Counted from the first letter of the stretch, positions 26,121-40,320 are shown. The stretch: 64,000 nt of DNA from Octopus vulgaris (GCA_951406725.2 OX597816.1:113894001-113958000), one strand, 5' to 3'. A program made the numbers and translations. Notes: generated by a model not told the origin, from the sequence alone.

Positions 26121-26530
26121 ATGTATGTGTGTCTGAATGTGAGTGTATGTGAGTATGTGTGTGTGTGTGCTTGTGTTTCCTTGTTATGACGTGATAACTG
26201 TAAATGAGTGCCAGTGTCATCGTCAGTGTTATTCATTTCTAGTATTCCATGAGAACAGGCTTGGCCATGAGCGAATATTGCTTTGCTTTTCTGGGGAACA
26301 GGTGAGGTTTGGTGACAGGAAGAACATTCAGCAGTAGAAAATCTGGCTTAAATAAGTTCCACCTGACTCATGCAAGCATGGAAAAGTGGACATTAAAATG
26401 TTGTTGATGATGATGTCGATGATGATATGATATATATATACAAGCATACATACATGTATTATGTATGTGTGTATGTATGTATGTATGTATGTATGTATGT
26501 ATGTATGTATGTATGTATGTATGTATGTAT

Positions 26531-26700
26531 CAGTGACATATGGTGATCCTTGTATTGGGTGTCATGCCATCAAATTTCAAGTAAGTTTTCCATTAAGATT
26601 TGGGATTAAATGAATGAGTAAGGTTAATATTTATAATGAATTTTCCATTTCCGGTGGGTGTGCAGTGCACACCTAGCACACCTGGAGTATACACCCCCGG
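26531..26700. mobile_element. MITE (hAT-like ends) inserted in (TATG)n
   Basis: Inverted homolog at 47029-47222; termini resemble CAG(T/G)GGCGTA..TACGCCACTG. Confidence 0.65.
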
Positions 26701-26838
26701 TATGTATGTATATGTATTAGTGTTTGACTAGTTATGGGAAAATACTACTTTCCTTGATAAAAGATGAGGGTTGGTGATAGAAAGACAATTGTAAGACAAT
26801 CTGCCTCAGCAAATTCTGTATGGAAATGTGGCTGTTAA

Positions 26839-26870
<32 letters not shown>

Positions 26871-26911
26871 AACGATGATGGCAATGATTATGATTGAGAT
26901 TTTTGATTTCC

Positions 26912-27154
26912 TTTATTCTTTTATTCTTTTATTCTTTTACTTGTTTCAGTCATATAACTGTGACCACAGGGGAGCACTGCCTTGAAGGATTTTAGTCAAA
27001 CAAATCGATTCCAGGAATTATTTTTTAAGCCTAGTACTTATTCTATCAGTCCCTTTTGTTGACCTGCTAAGTTATGGAGATGTAAAAACACCAATACTGT
27101 TGTCAAGCAGTGATGGGGAGAAGGGACAAACACAAATACACACACACACGCAGG

Positions 27155-27202
<48 letters not shown>

Positions 27203-27347
27203 TGACAAGCTTCTTTCAGTTTCCATCTATCAAATCCACTTGCAAGGCTTTGGTTGGCCCAAAGCTATGTCTAAAGTGTCACACAGTGGGACTGAACCTT
27301 GAACCATGTGGTTGGGGAGCAGGCTTCTTACCATAGAACCATGCCTA
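26912..27347 (-). mobile_element. SINE family A
   Basis: Reverse complement of family A. Further minus-strand fragments at 28720-28870, 33560-33808 and 39820-40030. Confidence 0.75.
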
Positions 27348-27489
27348 ATGCCTAAAATTTTACCTTTTTTGGTGTAAAGGGATGCAAATTAACATGATGT
27401 TTTACACTTGTAAACATAGATACACAAATACATAAACACAGAGAGAGTGGAGGGGAAGTGATAGAGGGGAGACAGAAAGATGGAGAGAA

Positions 27490-27527
<38 letters not shown>

Positions 27528-28211
27528 GATGAAATAGACAGTGCTAACAACTACGTATGTATGTGAATGTTTGCATTATGTATATAGTAAGTGTGAGGAT
27601 AAAATTTGTTGTTTTAAATTTCATATTTATGTAGTCTTAGTTCCTCTTATTTTATGCTATCGTAAGTTGTTCATAGAACTGGAGGTAAGTAAGGTATTCA
27701 AATTGCAGTACACTGGACTGGTCAACAAAGTTCACTACAGCTATATATAAATGAAGGGAATCTCTATACAACTGCTCAGTGTGCTAAAAATAGCAGCCAA
27801 ATCTTCTTAAAATCTCACCCTATTGCTTTAAAAAGTGATAGTCATGTTGGCAAATGCAGTTTTGATATATCTATGTCACAATTTTAAGTCTAAATAGGCT
27901 TACTCCAGAAACAACGCCTCTTAACATGTCCACATTACACAATCAAGAATGACAAATTTTTTCCTTCTGTCTCTTCCTCAGTTGCATCACAGTAATTGAT
28001 TGTGAGTATGTTGCAAATATCCTCTTCAAATATGGTGTTCTTCAGTTTGAACTGAATCTTAACAAACAGCTTAATGTCTCTGGTTGCAAAATACATTCTA
28101 AAGTCTTACTGTCTATGACTATGAATTCCAGCCAATTACTATTTAATTATCTAAGTTTCAAAAATATAAAAGGGGAAAAGAGCTGAAAAGAATTAAAAAT
28201 TTTAGTATATA

Positions 28212-28428
28212 CGAGTGAGTGTTGAAAAGCTCTTGGCTTTAAGGATATCATGAAAGGCCTGGTTGGAGCCCTAAACTTCAGAGTACCGTTACAGGGCTTA
28301 GAAAAACTGAAGTATGGCTGCAATAAGTGTGTGAATCTGAGACGGGAATATGTTGAATAAAATCATAATTAACTGATCCTCCTGTATTTTCCTTTACCCA
28401 AAGCCAGGGACTTTTCAGCACCCTCTCA
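28212..28428. mobile_element. mariner-type MITE
   Basis: TA-cgagtgagtgttgaaaagctcttggcttt ... aaagccagggacttttcagcaccctctca, i.e. imperfect ~29-bp TIRs. Confidence 0.75.
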
Positions 28429-28466
28429 TGCGTTTGTGTGTGTGTGTGTGTGTGAGTGTGTGTGTA

Positions 28467-28504
<38 letters not shown>

Positions 28505-28551
28505 CATACATATATATGTATGTACATATATATGTATATACACATATATGC

Positions 28552-28602
<51 letters not shown>

Positions 28603-28681
28603 TATACATACATATATATATGTATATATATATACACAAATATATATGTATATTTTAATACATATATATATATACATATAT

Positions 28682-28713
<32 letters not shown>

Positions 28714-29667
28714 TAATATATTCTTTTACTTGTTTCAGTCATATAACTGTGTTCATGCGGGAGCACTGCCTTGAAGGATTTTAGTCAAACAAATCGATCC
28801 CAGGACTTATTTTTTAAGCCTAGTACTTATTCTATCGGTCACTTTTGTTGACCTACTAGGTTATGGGGATGAATTAATATTAACCTGAAACCATTTGGTT
28901 GCAAAGCGACCTTCTTAACCATATACTAGTACCTGTATATATATATGCATATATATTAAATACTTTTTAAATTGCTTTTTCTATGTCAAATTCCAACTGC
29001 AAATGAAGAAGTCTCTATATAACTGTATGGCCTGCTAGAAATAACAATTGCATCTCCCTGAATTTATCACTATTATCTTTAAAAAAACTTACTAAATAAT
29101 GTAGTACTAAATGCAGTACAGCTGACAAAATAATAGGATGGTCATAGCTGGATTGTCTTTGATCAACAACAATCAGATTTTATACCCAATCATCACCAAA
29201 ATAAGTTCTGAAAGAAAGATCCATTTGTGAGCCAATCTTCCTTGCCTCACAGTAATCATTTCTTTAGTCATCAAAATAAAACATCGTATGAAGCCTATAC
29301 CAACGATTAAGTTAAAATATATGATTAAGTTTAGCGTCAAATTTGCTGACTTTAAACTCTATCTAAGAACTGCTTCCTCACCATAGCTATTTCATGGCAA
29401 TAACTATAGCTGAAGTATTTTTTTGATTTTCATATAACTGCCAATTCAAGTTTTCATCAAAGAATTTGTCACATCCTAATTCCTTTCTTCCTCTTCCTCA
29501 TTGACCTCATATTATTTACATGGATTTGAATCTCTTCCAATTATATACCAATGCCATTCTCTATACTATACATTCCTCTCTATCACACATATATTTTTTG
29601 CTGTGTGTGTGTGTTTTTAATCCTCAACCTTAAATAGCTCTAATAAAGAGCTTGAACACATTCTACA

Positions 29668-29742
29668 AAGAAGTTCCAAAATAAAATATGCACATACAAA
29701 CATATATATATGCATGCATACATACATTTATATATATGTATA

Positions 29743-29792
<50 letters not shown>

Positions 29793-29943
29793 CATACATA
29801 TATATATATACACACACACATATATATACATTACGTATGTATATATGTGTGTATGTATGTAAGAAGTTCCAAAATAAAATATGCACATACAAACATATAT
29901 ATATGCATGCATACATACATTTATATATATGTATATATATGTG

Positions 29944-29975
<32 letters not shown>

Positions 29976-30046
29976 CATACATATATATATATATACACAC
30001 ACACACATATATATACATTACGTATGTATATATGTGTGTATGTATG
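29668..30046. repeat. Tandem duplication of a ~190-bp microsatellite-rich unit
   Basis: aagaagttccaaaataaaatatgcacatacaaac starts at both 29668 and 29861; both units end cattacgtatgtatatatgtgtgtatgtatg. Confidence 0.9.
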
Positions 30047-31015
30047 CATGTATGTGTGTGTATATATGAATATATATATATATATATACACATATATACA
30101 CAAATACACACAGCCACGCATGCAAAAGTACTCACAATCATGCATTTGTACAAGTTTACATGTAAACAAAACCATACATGCATGCATATGCATTTAAACC
30201 TACCTATATAAACATATAAGCATATGTACATAATTACATATAGATATGTATATACACACCTGAATATATGCATACTCATATACATACATAAATACATATG
30301 TATGTGTGTGTTTGTATGTATGTATGTGTGTATATAATATATATCGTTTGTAGGAAACATAAATCTGAGGAAGAAGCACATTCCAAGATGTAGAGCGAGC
30401 AGTGTATATATATATGTGTGTATGTGTGTGTGTGTGTGTGTATTTATGCATGCATGTATCAATATATATCCAGAAAAATATACATACAAAATACATATCC
30501 ATGTATGCCTACATAAACCTATATACATGCATAGATACCTACATGCACACACACACATACATTTATGCATACACACACAGTCTCACACAGATATATATAT
30601 TTAAACATGCAGGCATGTCTTCATTCATACCTACTTAAACATTCATACATAAATATATATGTATATACATAAATGAACATGCATATGCTTTGCTTGCCTA
30701 ATACATAGAAACATAAACGAAAAATAAATGCATATAAATATACACACATGTAAGGGAACATACATATACAGATATAATGTATATCATATATACATTATGA
30801 TATACATTATATTACACGTTCTCATCATTCTTATAACGTTTGCTTTGAGCCATATTAATTATTTAGATTGGTGTGTGGATAGCAGGCATGTACTTGGTTG
30901 GTTAAGATATTTGATTCACAAACTTGTAGTTATGATTTATGTCATGCAAGATGAGTTAGACAAGTGTCTTTTACTATGTATTTAAGAATATATATACATT
31001 ATATATATATATCTA

Positions 31016-31470
31016 CAGTAATCTCTTGCCATATTGTGGTTCACCTATCATGGTTCACCTGTTGCAGTTTATTATTTAACCCTTTTGTTACTATATTTAT
31101 TTTGAGATGTTCTGTGTTTCTTTCAATTATTTTAAATATAACAAAGAATTTAGTAAAATAACTTAGTTATCATTAACTTAATATTAGGAACATAAGTTGT
31201 AACTAAGGTTTGGTGGAAGATTTTAATTCAAAACTTATGAAAACAAGACATTTGTAGTCAGAACCAGGGCCGGTCTCAGCCGGGTTGGTAACAAAAGGGT
31301 TAAGCTTACGTTGATTCTTCCATGGTGTTGTTTTGCATTTATGATAAATAAATATACGCAAATTACAAAAATAATTAAAAAAATATACAGTACAGTATTA
31401 TTTCTACTTCATGTATTTTCACCAATCGCAGGGTTTTTTGGAACATAACACCTGCAATAGTTGAGGGATT
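31016..31470. mobile_element. Tc1/pogo-like MITE, right end clipped
   Basis: TA-cagtaatctcttgccatattg ... caatagttgagggatt imperfect TIRs. Confidence 0.6.
31080..31299. mobile_element. piggyBac-type MITE nested in the previous MITE
   Basis: TTAA-CCCTTTTGTTAC ... GTAACAAAAGGG-TTAA, a perfect TIR and TSD. Confidence 0.9.
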
Positions 31471-31687
31471 TAGATTGGTGTGTGGATAGCAGGCATGCCT
31501 CCATGTTTTTGTTGGTTGAACCCATTCATTCCAATAATGAATTCCTGAGGAAAAGCCTAATTTGTGATTTCAAAAAGATATTTTTCATTTTGTTTTGAAT
31601 TAATTAGGCTTGGAAACAACTTGTATTGTTTTTGTACCAACTTTGAATTAAAGGAATGTCTACACTTATATTTTTCCCTTTCCTTAT

Positions 31688-31729
<42 letters not shown>

Positions 31730-33467
31730 TACATATATATATAAATGTTCATACAGCATCAGGAGAGAAGACAAAGAGACAAAATAAACTAGCAAAAAAT
31801 TACTGGATGTCTCTTTGTCTCCTGGTGCTGCATGAACATTTAATGTGGTTTTAGAGTCAAGTTTTGACTGCTATTTCCAGTGTGGTGGTATCTCTTAGAT
31901 ACCTTAAATTATAATTTATTATAATTTTAAATAATTATTACCTTTGAATGTTTTTATTCCCATGCTGGCCACCTGATAAGGTCGGTATTTAAATATCGAT
32001 CTTATCTTTATTTATATATATATAAATGAGTAAATATTCAAATGAATACTTGTAAAGATGTTATTATTGTTATTATCAGTGGCAATTCTAAATATTTGAT
32101 AATAATAACAACAATAACATTAGTGGCAGCAAACAATATTAGCATTAAATGGCTATACAATAAATTCATAATTATAATAGAGGGCACACGAAGCATCAGC
32201 TGGCTAAAAAATGAGGTCAAAACACCCAGTTTATCCACTGATCTCATGGAAAATATGCTATGGACCAGCAGGAATCGGGCAAATGAATTTGGCGCAAAAC
32301 ATAGTGGATTATGAGGCGAGATGGATTTTTCAATGTAGCTGCAGCAAGACCAGCTGATGAGAATTAAGGCACTAGCCAGTATTTGAAATCATAATCCAGG
32401 TATATCTGTTACCTCATTCTACAGCTTTTTAGCTGAGATAGTATGATTAATTCTGCTCGTTTGCCCAATTTCTGCCAAAGTTAGACAGCAGTCCTAGCTA
32501 AGAAGACACTTGCTCAAAAGTCTTATTACATAACCCTGGGTCTGCTTGACAGTTACATGGTTCTTGGATTGAACCAACAACCACATTTTATCCTTTGTCT
32601 TTTACTTGTTACGGTCATTGGACTGCAGCCATGCTGGGTCACTTCCCTGGAGAACTTTCAGTTGAATGAGTCAATTTCAGCACCATTTATTTTTAAAGCT
32701 TGTACTTTAACACACACACACATGCACGCATGCACGCACACACACACACACACACATGCATATGTATGTACATAATGGGCTTCTTTCAGTTTCCTATCTA
32801 ATGAGAGGAAAATGCAGCCTTTTCTTACAGTAGTGAATATGATTTCAGTTTACATCTGATTTGACTTATAAATCTTCTGAATTTTTAATAATTATGAGAA
32901 CCAATTTTCAACTGGACTTAAAATGTATTATGGAAAAAATGTTTCTATTTTCTAAAATGTGCAATAGTTTATAGCAGTTGTTAATGTGATTTAAGAAGAA
33001 AAAAGAAAAAAGAAATCAATATGATATCACAGCTGGAAATTTCTTCAAAGTAACAAGAAATATAAATATTTACAGAGAATGTAAGTTTAAATAAATTTGC
33101 ATGCATGTAGACAAACTCATTTAACATTTAAATGTATACTTCACTAAAAATATGAGAACAAGCTTTAATTTTTTCAAATGGAGAAAAATACATATCTTTA
33201 AGATGTTGTTTGAGAACGCGAGTTTATTTGATAGTCTGTGATGTATGATAGATTTAAAACAAACAATCATGACACCATATTAGCAAAACTGTGTAAATAG
33301 ATGTGTGTGAATGTGTGTGTGTGTGTGTATTGCATTTTTTATAAGAGAAATATGATTGGAGGATGAGATAAGGAATAATAATGTTGAAACATTGCATTAA
33401 AATTAATGATTCTGGGTTCAACCCTACTGATGTATGTATGTATAAATATCTTTCTCTCTCTCTCCAC

Positions 33468-33508
<41 letters not shown>

Positions 33509-33929
33509 TGCATACATACATACATACATACATACATACATACATACATACAAATATATGTATTCTTTTATTCTTTTATTTGTTTCAGTCATTTGACTGT
33601 GGCTATGCTGGAGCACCTCCTAGAGGGAAAGAGTTTTAGCTGAACAAATCAACCCCAATACTTATTCTATCAGTCTCTTTTGTTGAACTCCTAGTTTATG
33701 GGAATATAAACACACCAACACCAGTTGTCAAACAGTGATGGGGGGGGGACAAACACACACACACACGACATATTTCTTTCAGTTTCCGTCTACCAAATTC
33801 ACTCACAGCATATATATATATGTATGCATATGTAGCATATACATGCATATAGCACACACACATATATATACATATACATACACATATAGCATATACATGC
33901 ATATATAACACACACACATATATATATAT

Positions 33930-34137
33930 CGGAATAAGTACATAAATGTGAAACAAGGTGGAAAGAGAGTACTCTAATACCAGAGGTAGAGTAATATGCT
34001 TTATTGAAAAGCAGCAGAAATATCACAAAAACTGTTATCCTTTCTTTTCCATTCTAACAAAACTGTCCGACGAACAGGAACATGAAACTCTGAGTAACAG
34101 TTTTTGTGATATTTTTGCTGCTTCTCAATAAAGTATA
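33930..34137. mobile_element. Short foldback element with hammerhead-like motif, embedded in (TA)n
   Basis: Arms 33995-34037 and 34095-34137 are reverse complements; there is a one-sided 65-bp extension. Confidence 0.75.
34059..34104 (+). ncRNA. Hammerhead-like motif (variant core CCGACGA)
   Basis: AAAACTGT-CCGACGA-acaggaacat-GAA-ACTCTGAGT-A-ACAGTTTT: 8-bp helix I and a GUA site. Confidence 0.55.
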
Positions 34138-34239
34138 CATATATATAGATAGATATACATATACATATATATATATAAAGTACACATGCATATATAACAT
34201 GTATATCTATCTATCTATATATATATATATATATATATA

Positions 34240-35017
34240 ATCATCATCATCATCATCGTTTAACGTCCGTTTTCCGTGCTCGCACGGGTTGGACGGTTCG
34301 ACCAGGGTCTGGGAAGCCAGGAGGCTGCACCAGGCTCCAGTCTGATCTGACAGTGTTTCTACAGCTGGATGCCCTTCCTAATGCCAACCAGTCCGTGAGT
34401 ATAGTGGGTGCTTTTTATGTGCCACCGGCACAGGTGCCAAGGGAGGCTGGCAGCAGCCATGATCAGTTGGTGCTTTTTATGTGCCACCGGCACAGAAGAC
34501 AGTCTAGGCGGCTCTGGCATCAGCCACATTCAGATGGTGCTTTTTACGTGCCACCTGCACAGGTATCACAACTACTATTTCCATTTATTTCGATGTTGAT
34601 GTACTTGACTCAATAGGTCTCCTCAAGCAAAGCAGGTCATGTGCCACCGGCACAGAAGCCAGTCAAGGCAGTGCAGGTATCGGCCACTTTCGGATGGTGT
34701 TTTTTACGTGCTGCTGGCACAGGTATCGTAACTACAATTTCCATTTGATATTTATTTTGATATTGATGTACTTGACTCAATAGGTCTCCTCAACCACAGC
34801 AGGTCACTCTATGATCCAAGGTAAGCACAGCAGGTCATTCTTCAATCCAAGGTACTTTGAATGGGCTGAGGCTATGCAAAACTGGTGCAGGAAGCAGCCC
34901 AGGTCTTTGCAGTCACAGCATATCTCCAGAGATCTCGGTCCTCCGTCATTGCCTCTGTGAGGCCCAACGCTCAGAGGTCATGCTTGTCTACCTCATCCCA
35001 TGTCTTCCTAGGTCTAC
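34240..35017 (-). mobile_element. RTE-like LINE 3' fragment
   Basis: Collinear with 49420-49995, with an internal duplication of the gtgccaccggcacag repeat block and a (CAT)n tail. Confidence 0.85.
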
Positions 35018-35639
35018 ACATATATGACATATATATATAGATGATCTTACTACTCAATTTCATACTAGGTATTATATAATTGGCCTGTTACTTAATAAAC
35101 TTGCTCTTTATAATATATATGCTCTGTTAACAAATATAAAAATAGAAGTGCCTATTTTGACTTACTGATTCTTAGATGACTGTATATTTTTATGTGTGTG
35201 TATGTGTGTGTGTGTGTGTATGTGTGTGCGTGTGTGTGTGTGTGTGTGTATAAAACACTATATTTATATATACCATTCTATGCTAATATTGAACAGTGAG
35301 AATAGGCAGTCAACACTGCATTAGTGGGTAAATATTCTTTATTCGTGGGTACCATAGTATTTTCCTCTGTCTACATCTTTTTAGCATATTTACTTTTAGT
35401 TCAATATAGGTTGTGCTATTCTTAAACTTGGACCTTTCTAATGTGCTGTTGTAATATGGTGCTGTCGTTTTGAAAATATATTGTACTATCCTCCATATAG
35501 CATGTATTTGGGAAATTATACCTATACTTCTTGTTTGTCTTCAAGTCCAGCCTTATTAATTTCAAAAATTTTTGTACTCTGAAAATATTGAACCTAAAGA
35601 CCTTGCCCTCTGTTTCTGGCTTTCATTTCTCAAAATAAG

Positions 35640-37675
35640 CTGTTGAATGACACAAGACACAAGAGCTAAATAAATGACAGATCAATTACCTCCTTTATAT
35701 GGATAATGGAAAGCTTTTGGAAGAATGTGGTCAACAACTGGGAACACTTTAAGTGATGATGTTGAAATGGAGTTTGACCATGATATATGTACTAAAGCCA
35801 CATTCTTTTACCCTTTAGCATTTAAGCTGGATATATCCTACCCAAATATTCTAACCGTTTTATGTTCAAACTGGTTAGGTCTGGCCTCTCACACTTACCC
35901 TACATTGTCATTCTTAAAGTAAATAATCACATCATCAAAATCTGAAAGCTATGAGATCTATGATAAATTCAAAACAATTTGTATAAATAACCATTACATT
36001 TGCCCGGACTTGTGCCTGGGAGGGTAACTGCCTAGGTGCAATCCCATGGTCAGTCATGACCGAATGGGATCTCAACATTTGACAGAGTAATCTAAATGCT
36101 AAAGGAATAAAGGAAAACTTGAAAATGCATGACATACAGCTAGACAAGAATACAATAATCAAGAAATTAGATTCTGAAGAAAACTACAAATATTTAGGTG
36201 GTGGGGGATATCATCTGGCACCTCCATAATGCACATGAAAATACAGAAAGAATGCTGTTGTAGAATTAAGACTATCTTGAAAAGTGAACAAGATTGATAC
36301 ATTCAGTTCCCTTGCTATACCTGTTGTAACCTACAGATTTAATATCATAAAATGTTCCGACAATGAGATCAGGAAAATTGAAACAAAGATGTGCAGCTTC
36401 CTCACAATGCACTGCATGAATCACCTAAAGAAAATATAAGCAGACTACACATCCTATAAAAGGATGGAGGATGTGCACTGATGCTATTGCAACTGTCTCT
36501 AAAAACAATCATATACTTAGCACCTATTCAAAGAACGCCAATGACTGGATTTTTTAAGTTGTCTTCAAGCATTAAAGTGCCATGAAATGACACTTAATAT
36601 CAGAAGAAGCAAAAATATATGTAAAAGAATTAAAGATCAATGAGACTGAGGCACAATTAGATGAAGCAGAAGAACCCAATGTGAAAATGAAACAAATCAA
36701 ATGGAATCTCAGAACTGTGTAATAGATAGCAAAGTAAGGCATTACAAAATTTTAAATACTCTACAAGTTCAGCAGTTCTGATGTTGATACAAAATATGAC
36801 ACATCAGTAGCTATCTGCATCTGGACTTAAATCAGAAACAGATGGTTTCATTATAGCAGCTCAGGATCAGTGTCTATCGACTAGAAATTACCAAGCCAAC
36901 GCTCTTAAAAACAATGTTTATTCTACATACCACTTTTGTGGTACAATCAGAGAAACAATTGATCACCTCTGGATGTTCTATGTTAGCCTCAAATGAATAT
37001 ACTAATTGCCATGATAAGGTTGGTCAGTATTTGCACAGGATCATATACTGTCAGTTTGCACTCCCATATGAGAAGAACTAGTTGGAACATAGCCTGCCCC
37101 ATTACCATTAGTATTCAAGCTGAATGAGCTATTCAAGCCAATAGTCCAGATATTGTGGTGAACAGTCACATTGTCAAAACATGTTTTCTCATAGATGTGT
37201 CAATCCCAGCAGACTGCAACAACCCTGTAAAAGCATTTGAAAAGTTAACTAAATGCAAGGATCTTAAAATAAAGGTGTCAAAAATGTAGTATCTAAAAAC
37301 AACAATTGTTCCTGTGATCATCAGAGGCTTAGGGATAATATCAAATGGCACTCATAAAGCTATAACCAAATACTAGAAAACTTAAATGTATCAGAACTGT
37401 AAAAAAATTATTCTCATAGATACAACCCACATCCTAAGTAAAACACTGTCAACCTGAGAATTTCTGGATCTTTCAAAATCTTTCAAAATTGCAAATATTA
37501 CAACAAACGTTTTACAAAATCTTAATTCTCAGTACATGGTCTCCTTTTCCTGAAATATGTTTTTGTTAATCATAAATAACATCCTCAGTAAAATGTCTGA
37601 GTCCTTGTTTCTTGAGTTCTCTGGTTGAGACTTGGAACAGCTTGTATAGAACAAAGCAACAACAAAAACATAATA
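35640..37675 (+). pseudogene. Old R4/Dong-like RLE LINE remnant
   Basis: Broken frames give YKYLG, SGLKSETDGFIIAAQDQCLSTRNYQ, HDKVGQYLH, SPDIVV and CFLIDVSIPAD; homologous to 41246-42531. Confidence 0.85.
35811..36106. mobile_element. piggyBac-type MITE with a 72-bp secondary insertion
   Basis: Homolog of 14514-14705; the insert at 36003-36074 is flanked by acatttg direct repeats. Confidence 0.75.
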
Positions 37676-40154
37676 ACAGTTACAAATTTCAGGGGGGGGG
37701 GGCGGATAAATCAGTTACACCAACCCCAGTACATGACTGGTACTTTATTTTATTGACTCAAAAGTGAAGTTAGTGAGATTTGAACTCAGAAAGACAAAGA
37801 ACCAGAAGAAATATCACATCTCATTTTGTCTGATGCTCTAACAATTCTGTTAATTCTCTACCCTAGAAAAATAGCAGCGTCCACTTATAATGTAGAATAG
37901 AAGAATGTATATTTAAGCATTCAGTTTGAAATGCAGGGATTAGCAGTTACTTGGTAGGATAAACAGTAACACATTACTGCTGTTCGGTAAATATGTGGTT
38001 AAAATCCATGTCCTACAACTCTGTCCTATTTGTGAACGGTGCTTGTAAACCCTAATATAAAATTACTTTTTAAAGTAAATGTCAAACAATCATTTATCAT
38101 TTTAAAAATCACCTGGTCGATGTTTCTCAAGTAAAATTACTTGTTGAACTGTTAATTAGCCAATTACTTGAAAAACTATTAATCACCCACCCTAAAATAG
38201 CAGCAGTTGATTGATGTTCTATCTGGGAAACATGTTACACCAGAATTGATATCATAGAAGAACTGTATTTACATATTCTTGTCTTTTTGTTCCAGAAATT
38301 AAAAAGAAATTCTGGAAGGGTTCAATGTGATGTAATTTCTCTTTTGTTAAAACTTCTAAGCAGTTTGCAGAATTCATTTCCCAGTTCATAGTGGCCAAAA
38401 CAAATTAATAAGAGAAAAAAAAATGGAATAATATAAATTTTAGCTGTTTTTATATCTAAATTATAGCCACTGAATTACTTTCTGAAATTATTGTGTGCTT
38501 GAGAAAACTTTCCAAATTGAGTGATAAAGGCAAATAAGATCTACCTGCATAAAACATTTGTTATATAACATCTGTCTGCTGTGTTTTTCATGTTGTCATG
38601 CATTTTAATTATATTGCCTGTTACTGCATATTTTGCAGAAAGATGTTTCAGTGCATTGAAAAGATTAAAAACACATTTAACGAATACATTAAGTCAGCTA
38701 GGTTGAGTAGATTAAACTTATTAAATACCTATAGAAAAACTTTAAATGCCAATAAAATTATTAAAGACTTTGCCAAAGAGCTCAAAAGAACTTCTTGATA
38801 TATAAATATATATTTAAGGTTTTTAAAGATAAACTTTTATGACTGAACAATTCCTAATTTTGTATATTTTCTTCTGTTCTGTCTCTTTGTACTTTCTTCA
38901 TTAAATAGCCACAGAAAACTTGCCTTAGTTGTATTATTAAGAAAAAGTACTTTCAAACTAGCTACTAAACCGTGAAACATTCAAAAGTAAAATGGAGGTG
39001 ATGGTGGGGAGGATCCTTATAATTTATAAACATTATGCATGGTCAATGCTCTTTAGAACCATCCCCTTGTATTTAAACAACCAGCTGTGATTCTATGATG
39101 AGTATTTTCTGGCAATAAACATACCTATAAACTCTGCCATTTGTTGGGCTTTTGCCTTTTATCCTTTCACAACAGATTTCTTGAATACTTACCATTTATC
39201 TTCCCATTCATCCACTAAAAAAATCTTAACTACATAGAGGCATTATCCTTGTTAGATTTAGTTAGTTTTATATATCACAGTGTTTGCTCTATTAATACTT
39301 CCTTCTCAGAAGCATTTCCTATCTAAAAGTGATAAGTTCACAGTGCTTACATTCTGATTTCAAGCAACAATGGCCTGCTTTTCACACCCCAGCATAAAAT
39401 ATTATATAAATGATCAGAAACAAAACCGGTTTTCCTTTGAACTTTAATATTCATATACTTTGATATTACTGTATTTATATATTTTATGCATCATGTTGAT
39501 GCTGAGCAAATCTGATTGAATTTTATTTTTCAATTTACTTTTTCCTTACTCTTTCTTATTAAACTCTTCCTTGCTTGCAACAGTTAGAAACAGTAAACCT
39601 TGATTAAATACTTTCCCCAAAATCTTAAAACAGTTCTCACAATCCTCTTTCCATTCAACAAATGCAACTTTTAAGTTTTTCACTCACTCACCACATTTGC
39701 TGAGTAAATGAGGTAATCTCTATGTGGTTAGTTGATTTTCTAGAAATAGCAGTCAAATCTTGGAGCTACACCCATTGTTTGACAAAGTTAATTCACTGAA
39801 TTTTCCTTTTCTCTTTCTCTTGTATTTGTTTCAATAATTAGACTGTGGCCATGTTGGAGTACCACTCTTCAGAATTTTAATCAAATAAATCAATCCCATT
39901 ATTATTTTTTTTTTAAAGCCTGGTATATGTTCTATCCATCTTTTTTGCTGAACTGCTTAGTTACAAGAATGGAAACAACAATACTAGTTATCAAGTAGTA
40001 GTGGGTAGCAAACACAGACACAAAGACACATACAGATACACATTATTGCATATATACATGCATACATAAATAGATACATAAATATATACAAACAAACAAA
40101 CATGCACATACACATACATACATACATACATACATACATACATACATACATACA

Positions 40155-40190
<36 letters not shown>

Positions 40191-40191
40191 T

Positions 40192-40240
<49 letters not shown>

Positions 40241-40245
<5 letters not shown>

Positions 40246-40320
40246 TTTTATTAAAGCTGAAAAAATTTTCACAAACTGTTACTCAAAGTTTCACATTACC
40301 TTTCATTTGACAGTTGTGAT
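40241..40320 (-). repeat. Decayed copy of the 34-kb hammerhead-like element
   Basis: Minus strand reads aactgt-caaatga-aaggtaatgt-gaaactttgagta-acagtt..gctttaataaaagtata. Confidence 0.6.

Noticed and set aside
32038-32314. ORFs on both strands, including a short LRVPSII similarity to RNF145/TRC8 N-termini
   Set aside because: The similarity is only a few residues, the surrounding translation is low-complexity and no exon structure supports it.
34385-34720. Regularly recurring gtgctttttacgtgccaccggcacag units resembling a CRISPR array
   Set aside because: They are internal repeats of the RTE 3' UTR found in every copy; eukaryotic context and no cas genes.
38639-38701. Possible 63-nt exon after ttttgcag
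   Set aside because: Weak donor (GTTGAG), no recognisable peptide and no partner exons.
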